A DNA stretch of 63,588 nucleotides, filler included, from Octopus bimaculoides (taxonomy: Eukaryota), in the NCBI RefSeq assembly GCF_001194135.2. It is 8 parts of 7 records of this genome, joined end to end, with 100 filler letters (N's around TTAATTAATTAA, not from the genome) between each part and the next. Parts side by side here need not be neighbours in the genome. Positions count along the whole stretch, not along the records: positions 46,764 to 60,446 come from NC_068985.1; positions 60,547 to 61,742 come from NW_026310628.1; positions 61,843 to 63,588 come from NC_068987.1; 5 more parts are not named here. The stretch is one strand, 5' to 3'. Position numbers and translations under genes: made by a program. Of this stretch, positions 50,174 through 63,588 are shown piece after piece (within the stretch, counting starts at the first letter, position 1; each line of letters starts with the position of its first letter). The notes under the pieces were generated by a model. It saw only the letters and a list, made by a program, of their open reading frames with translations, was not told the origin of the DNA and made no database searches.

Positions 50174-51761
50174 NNNNNNNNNNNNNNNNNNNNNNNNNNN
50201 NNNNNNNNNNNNNNNNNNNNNNNNNNNNNNNNNNNNNNNNNNNNNNNNNNNNNNNNNNNNNNNNNNNNNNNNNNNNNNNNNNNNNNNNNNNNNNNNNNNN
50301 NNNNNNNNNNNNNNNNNNNNNNNNNNNNNNNNNNNNNNNNNNNNNNNNNNNNNNNNNNNNNNNNNNNNNNNNNNNNNNNNNNNNNNNNNNNNNNNNNNNN
50401 NNNNNNNNNNNNNNNNNNNNNNNNNNNNNNNNNNNNNNNNNNNNNNNNNNNNNNNNNNNNNNNNNNNNNNNNNNNNNNNNNNNNNNNNNNNNNNNNNNNN
50501 NNNNNNNNNNNNNNNNNNNNNNNNNNNNNNNNNNNNNNNNNNNNNNNNNNNNNNNNNNNNATATATATATATATATATATATAAGTGACCAGAAAACATA
50601 ATCAAAATATGCAAAATATATAATAAATAGTCAGGGTACAATATGTAACTGTTTGCTTGACAGAGGAGTTAAAACCCTCCAAAATCACGCATCTCTCATT
50701 ATATGCAAACACGCACGGAGAATATAGCAAAGGTATATCTCGCATATAGTGAGAGAAGCGTGGTTTTGGAAGGTTTTAATTCCTCTTTCAAGCAAACATG
50801 TACGTATTGTATACTGACTGTTTATTATATATGCGAAGCCTTGGGTAACTCTATATAAAATTTTGTTGTAATAATTACTGCTCTATTTATTAGAGTGTGC
50901 TTCTTACTGATATATGTTTTTTATTAACTATATATATATATGTATGTATATATGTGCGTGTTTGTGTCTATGTATGTAAGTATGCATGTATGTATATATA
51001 TAAACCCCAAAAATGGAATAAGAACGTAACAGACGACAATAAAAACATACAGAGAGACAGACGATACAAAGACGGACAGGAAAAAAAACAAGGACGGATC
51101 ATTCATCAGTCTAGTTTCGAAATTATCATTACAGTTTCGGCCTGTTACACTTGAGACTGTTAAAAATTGGCTGACCCCAAAAATCTAAGTTAAGATCATT
51201 AAATTTTTGGAAGAAAGCAAGCGAATGTATAGGACAACACAGACCAAAACAACCGAGAAGACGAAGAAAATGATACAGGATTACAAATACACGCATGGAG
51301 TTTAAGACAAACTTATGAAAATGCTTTGCTCAGGCAAATGGTTAAAAGCCTTAAAAGTAGATGATCTTAATCATGTTTTCAGAGCTCAATCACACAAGCG
51401 GCACCATTGCAATGCTTATGTGACCAGAACATCACATCGATCCAGTTATTCGGATTTCGAAACTGCTGAAAGCTATTGAATAGACTTTATTTCTTTTATA
51501 TCGTAAATCTACTCCTTATCCGGTTTAAGGTTTCCGGGCCTATGAATGGCTTAAGTGATGGAGTTCACTCCCTGGGAAATATTTGGACCAGGTAACTAGT
51601 TTGAGTTTAATTTGATATTTGATGCTCCGATTTCTGTTTCGGCAACTTATTATTCATGGTCTCTTTCGCCAGATACCACCCGCTATTCATCCTCTAATTA
51701 AGCCATAAAATAATGTTCCTGAATCTCCTATCATTCATACAAATTCATTCTTAGTCCTCCT

Positions 51762-51788
51762 TCTTCACCACCACCGCCATCACCGCCG

Positions 51789-51819
<31 letters not shown>

Positions 51820-51860
51820 TGCCGCCGTCGCCACCACTGTTATCGCCATCACCAACACTA
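51762..51860. repeat. (CAC/CGC)n GC-rich trinucleotide repeat
   Basis: Direct sequence. Confidence 0.9.
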
Positions 51861-53179
51861 AACTACTTTCCAGTTATCACCATCAGCATTATTTCATATT
51901 GCTGTCGTTAGCGCTTCCCCCATTGCGATATAATCTACCGCAAGTGCGTTGCAATCAACCTCAACTATTAGACTCACCTCTCTAACATCTTTCTAACATC
52001 ATTGAAGCTCTATATTCCGGTACAGCCGTGCTACCGAGGCATTCATGCGGAAAGATTTTAGTGTGAAAGAGTGAGAGAGAGAATGTGAGGGAGTGGATGG
52101 CAAAGATAGAATGAGAGAAAAAGAAATAAAGAAATACAGAGAAAAACAGAGTGGATAAGGTTAAGTTAAGTCAGCGTAGTTTGTACAGTGATCTAAAACG
52201 TCGCCATGTTCAACAGACGACCGACATTACATGTTGGTAACAAGATGATATAAAGATCAGATATTTCATGATTCTGCAAATACCAGAAATACATGCAATA
52301 TGGCAGTGAGACAATAAATATAAATTGTAATATATTGTTTTCAGATATTCTATTATTCTATTACTACACACTCACTTTTGTTGATAAATTCTGTATTTTC
52401 ATATTACATTTGTTTATCATTTTTTAAGCAGACGATTCTTATCCCTATCTTTTTCATCAATTTTACCCCAGCGTCTATCTTTACCTATTAATTTCTCTAG
52501 CAATTATACTCTATCTGTCTCGTTTTTATACTATCGCGATAACCTTCAATTCTTCCAACTATTTCACACACACGCACGCACATGCACACACGCACGCACA
52601 TGCACACACACACACAGGTATACATATACACACACGCGCGCATATATATATATATATCTTTTATCTTTTATTTGCTTCATTCATTAGACTACGGCGATGC
52701 TGGGGCACCGGCTTGACGGCTTTTGGTCGAACCAAGAAACCCTAGTACTTCTTTTATTGTTAAACCTGTCCTAACCTTCTACACATGGGTGTCATCATTA
52801 TGCACATTAGACATTTCGCACCAAATCTACACTGACACCATGAACAGGAACTTGAAAAACTTTCAACAAGAGGATCGCGTTAATTTTGTCTCGTTCAGCA
52901 GCATCAAGACATCGTGACTGTATATATATATATATNNNNNNNNNNNNNNNNNNNNNNNNNNNNNNNNNNNNNNNNNNNNNNNNNNNNNNNNNNNNNNNNN
53001 NNNNNNNNNNNNNNNNNNNNNNNNNNNNNNNNNNNNNNNNNNNNNNNNNNNNNNNNNNNNNNNNNNNNNNNNNNNNNNNNNNNNNNNNNNNNNNNNNNNN
53101 NNNNNNNNNNNNNNNNNNNNNNNNNNNNNNNNNNNNNNNNNNNNNNNNNNNNNNNNNNNNNNNNNNNNNNNNNNNNNNT

Positions 53180-53270
53180 CGTTATCTTTTGCCGAACCGC
53201 TAAGTTACGGGGACGTAAACACACCAGCATCAGTTGTCAAGCGATGTTGGTGGAACAAACACAGACATAA

Positions 53271-53304
<34 letters not shown>

Positions 53305-53472
53305 TTACACGACGGGCTTCTTTCAGTTTCCGTCTACCAAATCCACTCACAAGGCTTCGGTCGGCCCAAGGCTATAGTAGAAGACACTTGCCCAAGGTGC
53401 CATGCAGTGGGACGGAACCCGGAACCATGTGGTTGGTAAGCAAGCTATTTACCACACAGCCACTCCTGCGCT
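53180..53472 (-). mobile_element. SINE family C
   Basis: Near-consensus head and body. Confidence 0.85.
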
Positions 53473-53569
53473 ATATATATTACATAATATATATATGCTT
53501 ATATAATATATATATTTATACGTGCATGTATATATAAAATATATTATATATATATACGGATATATATAT

Positions 53570-53600
<31 letters not shown>

Positions 53601-53687
53601 GTATGTATATGGATGTATGTATGTATGTGTATCGAGATAACTAAATACATACACGCACACACACACACACACACACANNNNNNNNNN

Positions 53688-53746
<59 letters not shown>

Positions 53747-54483
53747 CACAAACGCGAATGTTTATGTGTACTTGTGTATATTTTTGTATTTATATTAGCG
53801 AATTTATCTTCATTTAATCGTTTTCTTTTTTCTTTTTCTTTTTTTATTTCTTTTGTTAATTTCAGTTTTTCAACAACACACACAAACTCAGATAAATTAA
53901 CCCATATGCAACGTACGCGCAAACAAACGCATTAATCACACTCACACAAGCACGCACACACATACACACGCACACACACACACACACACATACAATACTC
54001 GCACACACGCACGCACGCACGCACGTATGCACAAATACAATATACAGACGCACACACACATGTGCACACAAACAAGTGCGCCCATAAAAAAATTTTAAAC
54101 GTACTAAAAACTTAACCAAAACTGTAATACCGATATAGCTTACAGTACAGTTTAAGTGCAGCAAGCAGCGTCTTACGAAACGGCTGATCAATAGTTAAGT
54201 CCTAAATAACAACTAAGAAATAAACAAATAGAATAAGACGAAGAGAGAAAAGAAAAAAGAGCAGTAAAGAAGTAAAAGAAAAAAAATAGAGAAAGAAAAC
54301 GAAGTTAAATGTTATATTATTTCTAAAATCTCATTCACTTCTCCTCTCTCCAGTTCATTGTTATAATATCACTACGGGAAAGGTGGTGGATTGGCAGATT
54401 TAGTAAAGAGTCGTTATTTGTACTGGTTCTATATGTTTTGAGTTCAAATACACCTGAAGCTAACTTTGCCTTTTTTTCTTTCT

Positions 54484-54660
54484 GAGTCGATACTATAAAG
54501 CACTAATCGACAGGGTAATGCACTGAGTTGGTACGATAAAGCACTAATAAAGCACTGAGTCGATACGGTAAAGCACTAATCGACACAATTAAGCACGAGT
54601 CGATACGATAAAACACTAATTAAAGCACTAAGTCGATATGATAAAGCACTGAAGTTGATT
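54484..54660 (+). repeat. degenerate minisatellite (AAAGCACT..GTCGATACGAT units)
   Basis: Repeated TAAAGCACT and GAGTCGATA modules. Confidence 0.75.
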
Positions 54661-54769
54661 AAAAATTCTCTCCAAATTTCAGACCAAGCGTCAATGTTAA
54701 AAACAATTATTTTCATTACAGGGAGGTCGAAGGAGGCATGCTAGTAGAATCGTTAGCGAGTCGGATAAA

Positions 54770-55570
54770 ATGCTTGTCCGCATTTTTTCTTCTCCCCTCC
54801 ACCATTACCCGTAAGGTGGTTTCTTCTCCGAGGTGTATGTTCTCTACGGTCATTTCCAGTGTCTGAGGCGCCGCTTGGATAATGACCTCAAGGCCTTGCC
54901 CCTTCCAGTTCTACTGGTGTATTTTTGAGGTCTCTAATATCGTTATTTCTTCTTCTATTCCTTTTAGTAGGGCTGGGAGTAGCCATGATACGTTTATTTC
55001 TGGTGGGATCTCTTTCATCATGATTTTTTATGTGCGCCTGCTTAAGTATGTTGGCAGCAATACAATATCCGTGGTTCTCAAAGGTTGTACTAAGTGTGTT
55101 TTTGCTTTGTCTTCACTTTTGAAATACACTACTACCGTGGCAAAGCGTTTGCCTCTGGTCAAGTATTTTATATCCTGCCAGATCGGCTGTAGGCATTTTT
55201 CTATAGCTTCTTTTGGTGCTTTGTCTAGTTCCTTTTCTTTTACAACAAGAGTTTTAAATACGACTATTTTTTTTGCGGTTTCTTCTATAATTTCACTCGG
55301 GAGGGTGGCTTTTACATCGTATCCCTCCTTTGCAAACATGTTTTGGTGCTGCATTAGTACATTTTTGTCAAAATACATAGTTTTTCTTTTTTCACTCCAG
55401 CCGCAGCTGCAAAATTAAACTTTTTTGCCGGTTCGACAAGTTTTTTCTGCCGTCGGCGTACTTAATATTTCACAGTTCTTTTCACAGATTTTTTTCCTCT
55501 ACAGAGGAAGTATTCATTTTTAACAAAATAAATTGTGGAAAAACACCACAAAAAAATTGATAACTCCCCC
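54770..55570 (-). mobile_element. Tx1/L1-like LINE ORF1 (gag-like) relic, 3'-truncated
   Basis: 116-aa ORF ending VLLPTYLSRRT*, continuing KIMMKEIPPEINVSWLL...LRVMVEGRRK just before the expected Zn knuckle. Confidence 0.55.
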
Positions 55571-55804
55571 NNNNNNNNNNNNNNNNNNNNNNNNNNNNNN
55601 NNNNNNNNNNNNNNNNNNNNNNNNNNNNNNNNNNNNNNNNNNNNNNNNNNNNNNNNNNNNNNNNNNNNNNNNNNNNNNNNNNNNNNNNNNNNNNNNNNNN
55701 NNNNNNNNNNNNNNNNNNNNNNNNNNNNNNNNNNNNNNNNNNNNNNNNNNNNNNNNNNNNNNNNNNNNNNNNNNNNNNNNNNNNNNNNNNNNNNNNNNNN
55801 NNNN

Positions 55805-55845
<41 letters not shown>

Positions 55846-58009
55846 CATATATGATAAAGACATTAACAAGACCATATTGGTTAATTTATATTTAAAGTAT
55901 AATTATAATAAAGGTCGCTGGAGGGACAGCGCCTGTACGCTAGAAGTAGACAACAAAGCACAAGTTATTACTCTGTATAACAAGGTTATATGCGTGGAAA
56001 TGGACAAAATGGACAGAAAGGAGTCCTGGTGTCGATTTGTTCGACTAAAGGCAGTGCTCCAGCATGGCCTCAGTCAAATGACTGAAACAAGTAACTGAGT
56101 AAATGAGTATATATATTTATATATGTATATATATATATGTGTGTGTATGTGTGTGTATGTGTTTGTAAACACATAAAGAGAAGGGGCAAACTTCAGTTTA
56201 GTGCCCCTGTGATCACCATTAAATTTGAACACTTTTACCAGACGTTTCTTCCACAGTACCAATGTTGGTACTGTTCTCAGAATTAGATTTTAACCATGAA
56301 TGTTTATCGAGTGATTAATTTTACTTTTATTAATCACAAATACACAGCCACGCGCCCCACACCCCTTCGAAACGGCGTGCATTCTGTCCTGATGACTCCA
56401 TACAGTTGCTGACTTCCGGTATGCGGAGCTCTCGACTGGTAACACTTGCATGTGCAAGCTGTTTGCAAAACATCACATATATGTATATATTTGGTGAGCT
56501 TATACACAGTTTATCCCTACTAAATTTTATGCTGTGAGATCGAACTCAAAACCACATGGTATGACCATGACTTGAATACCTTTGGCCATATGTCTGCTAA
56601 ACAATAATAACATCAATATTAACAAAATGCCGTTAAATTTAGTCAAAAGAAATCGATATTTAACCTCTCTTGTAATTTTCACTGACATGGAATATATTAT
56701 CGCTTAATGAAATCTTAATATTATCTATGAAAAATGTTCGTTAAATTGCTGCTATTAATATTCAGATGTTAGGGATTTTTTGCTACTTTACTGTGAAACG
56801 TATGTATCCTCCAGTGGTTTCTATTGGTCTCCAGCATATGATAAAAATTTAACCACACGAACACTGCAGCAAGTAATAGCAAGTTCTAGGCCTAATTTCC
56901 GGTAGAATCTCTAATAGAAGCATCGACTGTATGGCTGCTTGACTTGCTTATTCATGAAATATTGCAGATTTATTTTTGCCGTTCATCAGAACGATGGCTT
57001 GTTCATCCTGAACCAGCGATTGCTTATAGATTTCATTCAAACTAAAATTACACGTTTCCTGTGTTTTATGACATTATCACAGCCAAGCCTTGGCTAATTA
57101 ATTCATCATTGTTTTCGTTATCATGGGAAACTGTATATATTTGTTCTGGTCAGCTAGCATCTGACAGTCATTTAAGGTTTCCTATTTTAGCGATTTTATC
57201 GTTAATAATGTATCTTTTCTCGAAATTTCCACGCCTTAATTATTCTTGCATTTAATTTTTACTTCACTTCCTTTGCTTTCTTTTTCTTTCTTCTCTCTTT
57301 TTGTTCGTTATTTTATCGCGATTTTAAAATGTATTTCATATCTTTGTTAGAGGTTAAGAGACTGTAAATGGCTTTTATCTCAAAACCTATTTGCTTCCGA
57401 CTACCTGAAGCATGTAATGTATATATAAAAAAAAAATAACAATAAAACAAAGCATCATACAAGTCTTATCAAACAAACTATTTGAAGTGAAAATTTAATT
57501 TTGAGATCTAAACCTCATGATTTCTTCCATTACTGTAATAATACGTTGATTTAAGCTTAAGTTCTTTTACAAAGCTTATACCGCTAAAACACGACGCCAT
57601 TCACTGTGTATCTGAATTATCTGTAAGACTGTAGTTTGGATGGACTAATTCCTTTGATAGTACAGCTATATGATAGAATAAGCTGTTGAATACCACAACG
57701 TTTTTTTTTTTAGTAAATGAGTGAGTTGAGCACCATTGAGATGCTTATTCAAGAGATAAAAGCAGAAATTCTGTGTATCAAGATAGAATGAATAAAGTTT
57801 AGCCCGGACAATTAAATAATTTGAAAATCATTAATGTTGTGAATAAGATGGATAAAAGTAAGAAGAGAAAGCTATTTTTGTCGAAAGAAATTATGTGAGT
57901 GCTGGAGGAATACGAATTATCCGAAGCCATATGCTTCCAATTACATTCTTTATCAAGGAAAATGGTTATAGATACTATCTTTACCGTGTCCGTCAACTCA
58001 AGTATCGAC

Positions 58010-58566
58010 TGACACTCCGTCGGTTACGACGATGAGTGTTCCAGTTGATCCTGCTCGTGAAATTATCGTGCAAGTGGCTGAACACCCCACCGACACACGT
58101 ACCCTTACAGGCGGCGAGCTGGCAGATACGTTAGCACGCTGGGCGAAATGCTTAGCAGTGTTTCATCTGCCGTTACGTTCTGAGTTCAAATTCCACCGAG
58201 GTCAACTTTGCCTTTCATCGTTTCGGGGTCGATTAATTAAGTACCAGTTACGCACAGGGGTTGATGCAATCGACCTAATCCCTTTGTCTGTCCTTGTTTG
58301 TCCACTCTATGTTTAGCCCCTTGCGGGCAATAAATAAGAAATGTTAGCACACGTACCCTTACAGTAACTCACGGGAGATTCCGTGTGACACAGAACGTGG
58401 AAAGGCTGACCTTTTGAATTACAGGTACTACTCAGTTTTTCCAGCTGAGTAAACTGGAGCAACGTGAAATAAAATGTCTTTCTCAAGGACACAATACGTG
58501 GCCGGGAATCGAATTCACGACTTTACGACTGAGAGCCGAATGTCCTAACCACTAAGCCATGCGCCA
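58010..58566 (-). mobile_element. family A SINE interrupted by a family B SINE
   Basis: Head at 58566, tail at 58010; both halves are colinear with 48618-48932. Confidence 0.85.
58111..58347 (+). mobile_element. family B SINE with 17-bp TSD
   Basis: TSD CACACGTACCCTTACAG at 58094-58110 and 58348-58364. Confidence 0.9.
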
Positions 58567-59499
58567 ATCGAGTACTATGTGGTTGCTCAATATACTAAAA
58601 GTTGCAGTCAAATGTCCATCCTCTTACACTCTAACGCCTTAAGAAAAAAATTGAAGATTGCACTGGATAATGTAGTCTTAGATACCCAACTTGGCACTTA
58701 GGTCTATCCTGAATCCTAGTATTCATATGACTGGAGATTAACCCAGTTTCTTCCTCGGTGAGATTGCAAAACGCCCCACCCACTGAACGGAGCGCCGGTC
58801 CGTCGCAAGGACCACTTCCCTAGCTATTACTGAAATTCTATTACAGCTTAGTGGACTGGAGGAACGTGAAATGAATTATGTTACTCAAGAACACAATGTA
58901 CCGCCCACCCCAGGAATCGAAACCACGGCTTTACGATCATGAGGGCAACGTCCTAAACACTAGGCCACACACCTTTGCAAGTCGCACGGAATCAATAAAA
59001 ATTTATAGGATAGGATCATAGGACTAAGGAGCCATGGATGTTCAAGAATTAAACGGACCCCTGAAAGGGATATTTTATTATTTCGATTTAACTAAACGCA
59101 CCTGATTCTTGTAATAGTAATCTATGCCAGTGCTCCGCAACCCGTTTTCACTTGCAGTACAGTTATATTCTTTTAAAAATTCAGCGGCGCACCTCAACTA
59201 AAAATATAACGAAAAGTATAGGAAAAACAATTATATTCAGGTTGCACTGCAGCACATCTAGTATCGTCTGTGGAACGGCATTCCGGTTACGGAGCAGTGA
59301 TCTATGCAAGCATTATGAAATCTCTCAGTGTCAATTCTTTATAAATCTACTTTGATTAGAACAAATTGTTTAGTAATAAAGAAAATATCTTCTCATTTCT
59401 TCACATCCATGTTGTCTTTTAATCTACGAATTATCAAATTATTTTTATTTGCCGGTTAACAATTCACTATGACATTCAGTTATTACTACTTTAAATATC

Positions 59500-59726
59500 T
59501 TAAGTGCTGGATGTCCGTGCGGATTTTTAAAGGAAAGTAAAAGGTCAATAAATACTTGCCATTACATTTTTGATCAACCAAATATGAACCATTTTGTTGC
59601 ACAATGCGTCTCCATCTTTCCTTTAACTTGAAAATACCCTCTTCCCAGAATTGAGGTGGTTTCATGGCAAATAAGTCGAAAGGTAAGCTACTATAAATCG
59701 GCACGAACTTTCCGGACAACCCAATA
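59500..59726 (-). mobile_element. mariner MITE-like deletion derivative
   Basis: TIR TATTGGGTTGTCCGGAAAGTTCG fused directly to FAMKPPQFWEEGIFKLKERWRRIVQQNGSYL (transposase C-terminus). Confidence 0.8.
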
Positions 59727-62700
59727 TTTTAGCAAGTTTAAAGTGATTTCTTTTGTGCCGTAAACCATTTACCAATTCTGTGGTGTTCCTCATCCTTTGA
59801 TACCTGTCCTAAACACCTGCTTATTTTTCATAATGGCTAATCCAGAGATGTTGACAACCCAATAATATATGAGCGGCAAAGTTGTATAACTTTCTCAATA
59901 CTTTATATATTTTCTATTGATTCCAACCAACTGGTTGAAAACGGTAAAAGATTGCGAATATCGAGAAAATACTCGGCTCTGTGAAATTTTATAAAAAAAA
60001 AAGAAAAAAAGAAATGAAACCACGGACTTACGATTCGTTCAACGAAAGAACGAAGACTATAACTACAGAAATATAGTGAAACTTTTTAAAATGTTATCAA
60101 CTAAATAATATTAACGGAAGAAGAAATTTAGTTTCATTGCGCGCGCACGCACACAAACAAGACAAATAGGCATACACACATACACAGAGAAAGAAATAAA
60201 CAGAGAGGGAAAACTTTTGCTTATTTACTCCTATCTTCTCTCGTTATCATTTCAGCTCATCGAAAAGGAAACGTGTAGTAAGAAAAGATATTTAAAAGTA
60301 AAAAACAAACGAAGGGCACAAACATCTTATATATATATGCAAACATAACACATAGAGGAAGTAGATTAGACATTTTATGAACATATGGACACTCATGCGC
60401 ACACATCTCTCTCTCTCACTCTTTCTCTCTCTCTCTCCATATATATNNNNNNNNNNNNNNNNNNNNNNNNNNNNNNNNNNNNNNNNNNNNTTAATTAATT
60501 AANNNNNNNNNNNNNNNNNNNNNNNNNNNNNNNNNNNNNNNNNNNNATATATATGTAGGTATGTATGTATATATTTATACATATGTATGTTTGTATGTAT
60601 GCATGTATGTACATATCTATGCCTCAACTCACGCCCATACATATAAGTACATGGATATATGAAAAAAATGTTATCTGCATGAAGCAAAAGACATTTCTAA
60701 ACGACGCACAATATTTCAATGCACCAATGAATAAATAATCTAATTCCCGTTCGAGAATAAGTTTGTATATTGTAAACCGTCTAACTAGGGAGAATGGACG
60801 CTGAGGAGACGCAATGAGAGGGAAATGTTTGTTTCTGGAGCTAAACCATCTCTTCCGCATGTTTTAATGTACAGTATATTCTAATATATTTGATTATATT
60901 ATGTGTAGTATGCTTACACTTTACAAATCTATTGTACTTTATGGCACACTAGATACATGGTTTTGTTACAGGCTAGTCTTATACACATCACACACATGAA
61001 TATATGTATACATGCACACTCTGATGCCTATGTTTACAAATATATGTATGTATACGTATATATTCATATATATATACATATACTATATATATGTATATTT
61101 ATGTATATGCACATATATGTATATATGTATATGCACATACATGTATTATGAATATACACATATATGTATACATCTACATTAAGATAGACAGCCAGACTGC
61201 CAGGAGATGGTGCGAGGTAGACACACAACTATACACATGTACACATCTCTATACTTAAGCATATACATATGTATGTGCGTGTGTATAGATACATACATAC
61301 ACACATACATACATACATACATACATAGTTTACTATCAAAGCAGCCATGTTTCTAGACTGCAANNNNNNNNNNACATACATACATAGTTTACTATCAAAG
61401 CAGCCATGTTTCTAGACTGCAAAAAATACATTAGATGTGAAGTGCATTAGAAGAAATACTTGAGCCACAGAAAGATTAAATAACAGCACCGAAGTATGGT
61501 AAGAAAAGGAAACGAAGATTACCGAAAAAAGAAACACACATAAATACACTCACGGAAAACCCGAAACGCACATGCACACATACGTGTATGAAGAATCACG
61601 CCCGCGCAATCACAATGATATATGTAAATGTGAGCATGCTTGATAACGTTTGTGTAGAATAGACTGTGCTGTAAAATACGCAAACCCAGTGAGGTGCTCC
61701 AGCATGGCCGCAGTCAAATGACTGAAACAAGTAAAATAGCATNNNNNNNNNNNNNNNNNNNNNNNNNNNNNNNNNNNNNNNNNNNNTTAATTAATTAANN
61801 NNNNNNNNNNNNNNNNNNNNNNNNNNNNNNNNNNNNNNNNNNTATATATATATATATCTATATACCTGGAACCACCTACACGTATTCCAAAATCCCCACA
61901 TATTAGTCCCTATTATATGCGGGTGTTGGCACTCACAGTTGAACACCTTTATCGATATATCAAGTGATCATGATCAATTAATTTCTGCACCAATTAGAAA
62001 TAATTTATAAAATCAGAATTTCTACGGCCTCTCTTGGTATTGATATAGCATTCGGAATTTTTTAATGTTCTATATGTCCGAAATAAAGGTTAATAGGAAG
62101 CTAAAAATGTGTGAACGGGTTAGGATTAATGAAAACATAATTATCCCAATCTCGCTTCATTACTCCACTAAAGTGCAGTAACTGTTCAAGACAAGCTTTA
62201 TCAGAGTCAGTGTTTAGAAGATATTTCTTGACTTGTAGTACATCTTTTTAGCTAATCGACAATACACTATTCTAGATAACGTCAATGTTGAGTGGTACAC
62301 CGGTGACGATGTTGCTTCACTTTTATACGGCCATATATGTATTTGATTGACATTTAAGTAGAGCTTTCTTACCTGAAATTTTTATCTAAATTGACCCCTC
62401 TCTCCCAGTTACTTATTACATCTAAAACATACTACTGACACTTTTCTTGCCTTAACGCATTTAAATTATCGAAAGATATTAATATACATAGACAACTTAT
62501 CTCGCTATTTATACCTTAAAGAAATCCATGCGATCTATTTTACGCAGTTCGAAATATCTCAGCAAGGGGAAGATTTTATCTTCTCGAGTCCTGAAATTCA
62601 AGTGACAGTGTTTGTGTCTGTGTGGTCTCTTGTTAACTTTCTTTATGTTTTCGGTGTAATGTCAAGAGTCGTAATTTCCTAAATCTCTAATAGTATTCCG

Positions 62701-63588
62701 AGAAATATTCTCGAAATTCTAGGCCTCATTCAGTTTCCCTGCACTTCAGAATCAGCAGACAGAATGAACCCCTTCTGTAATTTTTTTATGATTAGGCAAA
62801 ATTTATGGAGCAAATGTATGAGTTGATTAGGTCCGATATAATGTTGTTTAATGTCGTTTAATGATGGAAACAAATTTTATGTCGGGCTTTTACCTGAAAC
62901 CGATTATCGAGTTTGTCGAGAGCTTTATACTGACTAAAATGAAGTAATTCAACTACGCAGCCTGATATTTCCCGCCTATTTTTTGTGATAGAGGAATGTT
63001 GGTTGTCCTAAGTTAAGCATCGTAACTGCAATATTCTCTTCGAAGCGTATAACACAAGCGAAAGCAAGTGAGTGTCTAAGTGAAATACTAAGCCTAAATC
63101 TTTAACTTTGCATGTAATAGAGATGTAAATACAGGCCTGAAATTTCGATAAATTATTTTCAGTACTTTTCCATAACTGTGTTACAAATAATCGCTGACAA
63201 CGTACATTATGAATTTGTCACGGATATGCACGCCAGTGTCCTCATCAAATTGGAATTGTGGATTACCTCTAATATCCTTATTTGCTAAACAAATGGAAAT
63301 GCCGTGTAGATAAAACTAGGATTGCCCACTTTTACTTTAACAGCTTAATCCGGTATTTGTACATTAAATAAATCTATACGATCTTTGGAAATATCTGAGC
63401 AAGGTGACAATTTTATGCTCTCATTTTTCACCTCCTCTTACTCAATCACATTTTGGATCTACCAGTTCAGTTATACACTAATATAAGTGAATCTGATATT
63501 CTAAGTATCCATATATCATCAGAGATATATTGCTTCACTGGCTGCACACTCCAAATAAAAAACATAATTATTAATGCATATGTATATA

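Noticed and set aside
54484-54660. Repeat-spacer-like look (CRISPR-like)
   Set aside because: Eukaryotic DNA, irregular units without unique spacers, no cas genes
56360-56460. Hammerhead-ribozyme-like CTGATGA plus stem
   Set aside because: The required GAAA core after stem II is absent (GGAGC) and no stems I/III can be formed; at best a decayed repeat

Overview
AT-rich, repeat-dense eukaryotic genomic DNA with many assembly gaps. It is most likely octopus/coleoid cephalopod, inferred from a cephalopod-type protocadherin and octopus-like SINE families. Three protein-coding loci can be reconstructed by hand. (1) The last five exons of DNA-PKcs (PRKDC; kinase C-lobe, PRD and FATC) on + at 18680-28181, including a 43-nt micro-exon. 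(2) A spliced minus-strand gene at 10253-13720 that the ORF track misses. It encodes a ~116-124 aa galectin-fold protein whose canonical sugar-binding motif (H-x-N-x-R...N...W-x-x-E-x-R) is largely destroyed by substitutions and a ~12-aa deletion. (3) The 5' part (signal peptide, EC1, EC2, start of EC3) of a protocadherin at 43784-44589, cut by a gap. The rest is transposon-derived or simple sequence: four tRNA/LINE-related SINE families (my labels A-D), RTE, CR1, Tx1-like and R4/Dong-like LINE fragments, Tc1/mariner and hAT relics, and a young deleted Gypsy LTR element inserted in an R4-like LINE. Seven 100-bp N-TTAATTAATTAA-N spacers are artificial contig joins, so adjacency across them is unverified. 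All comparisons to known proteins are from memory and by eye; no database search was run.
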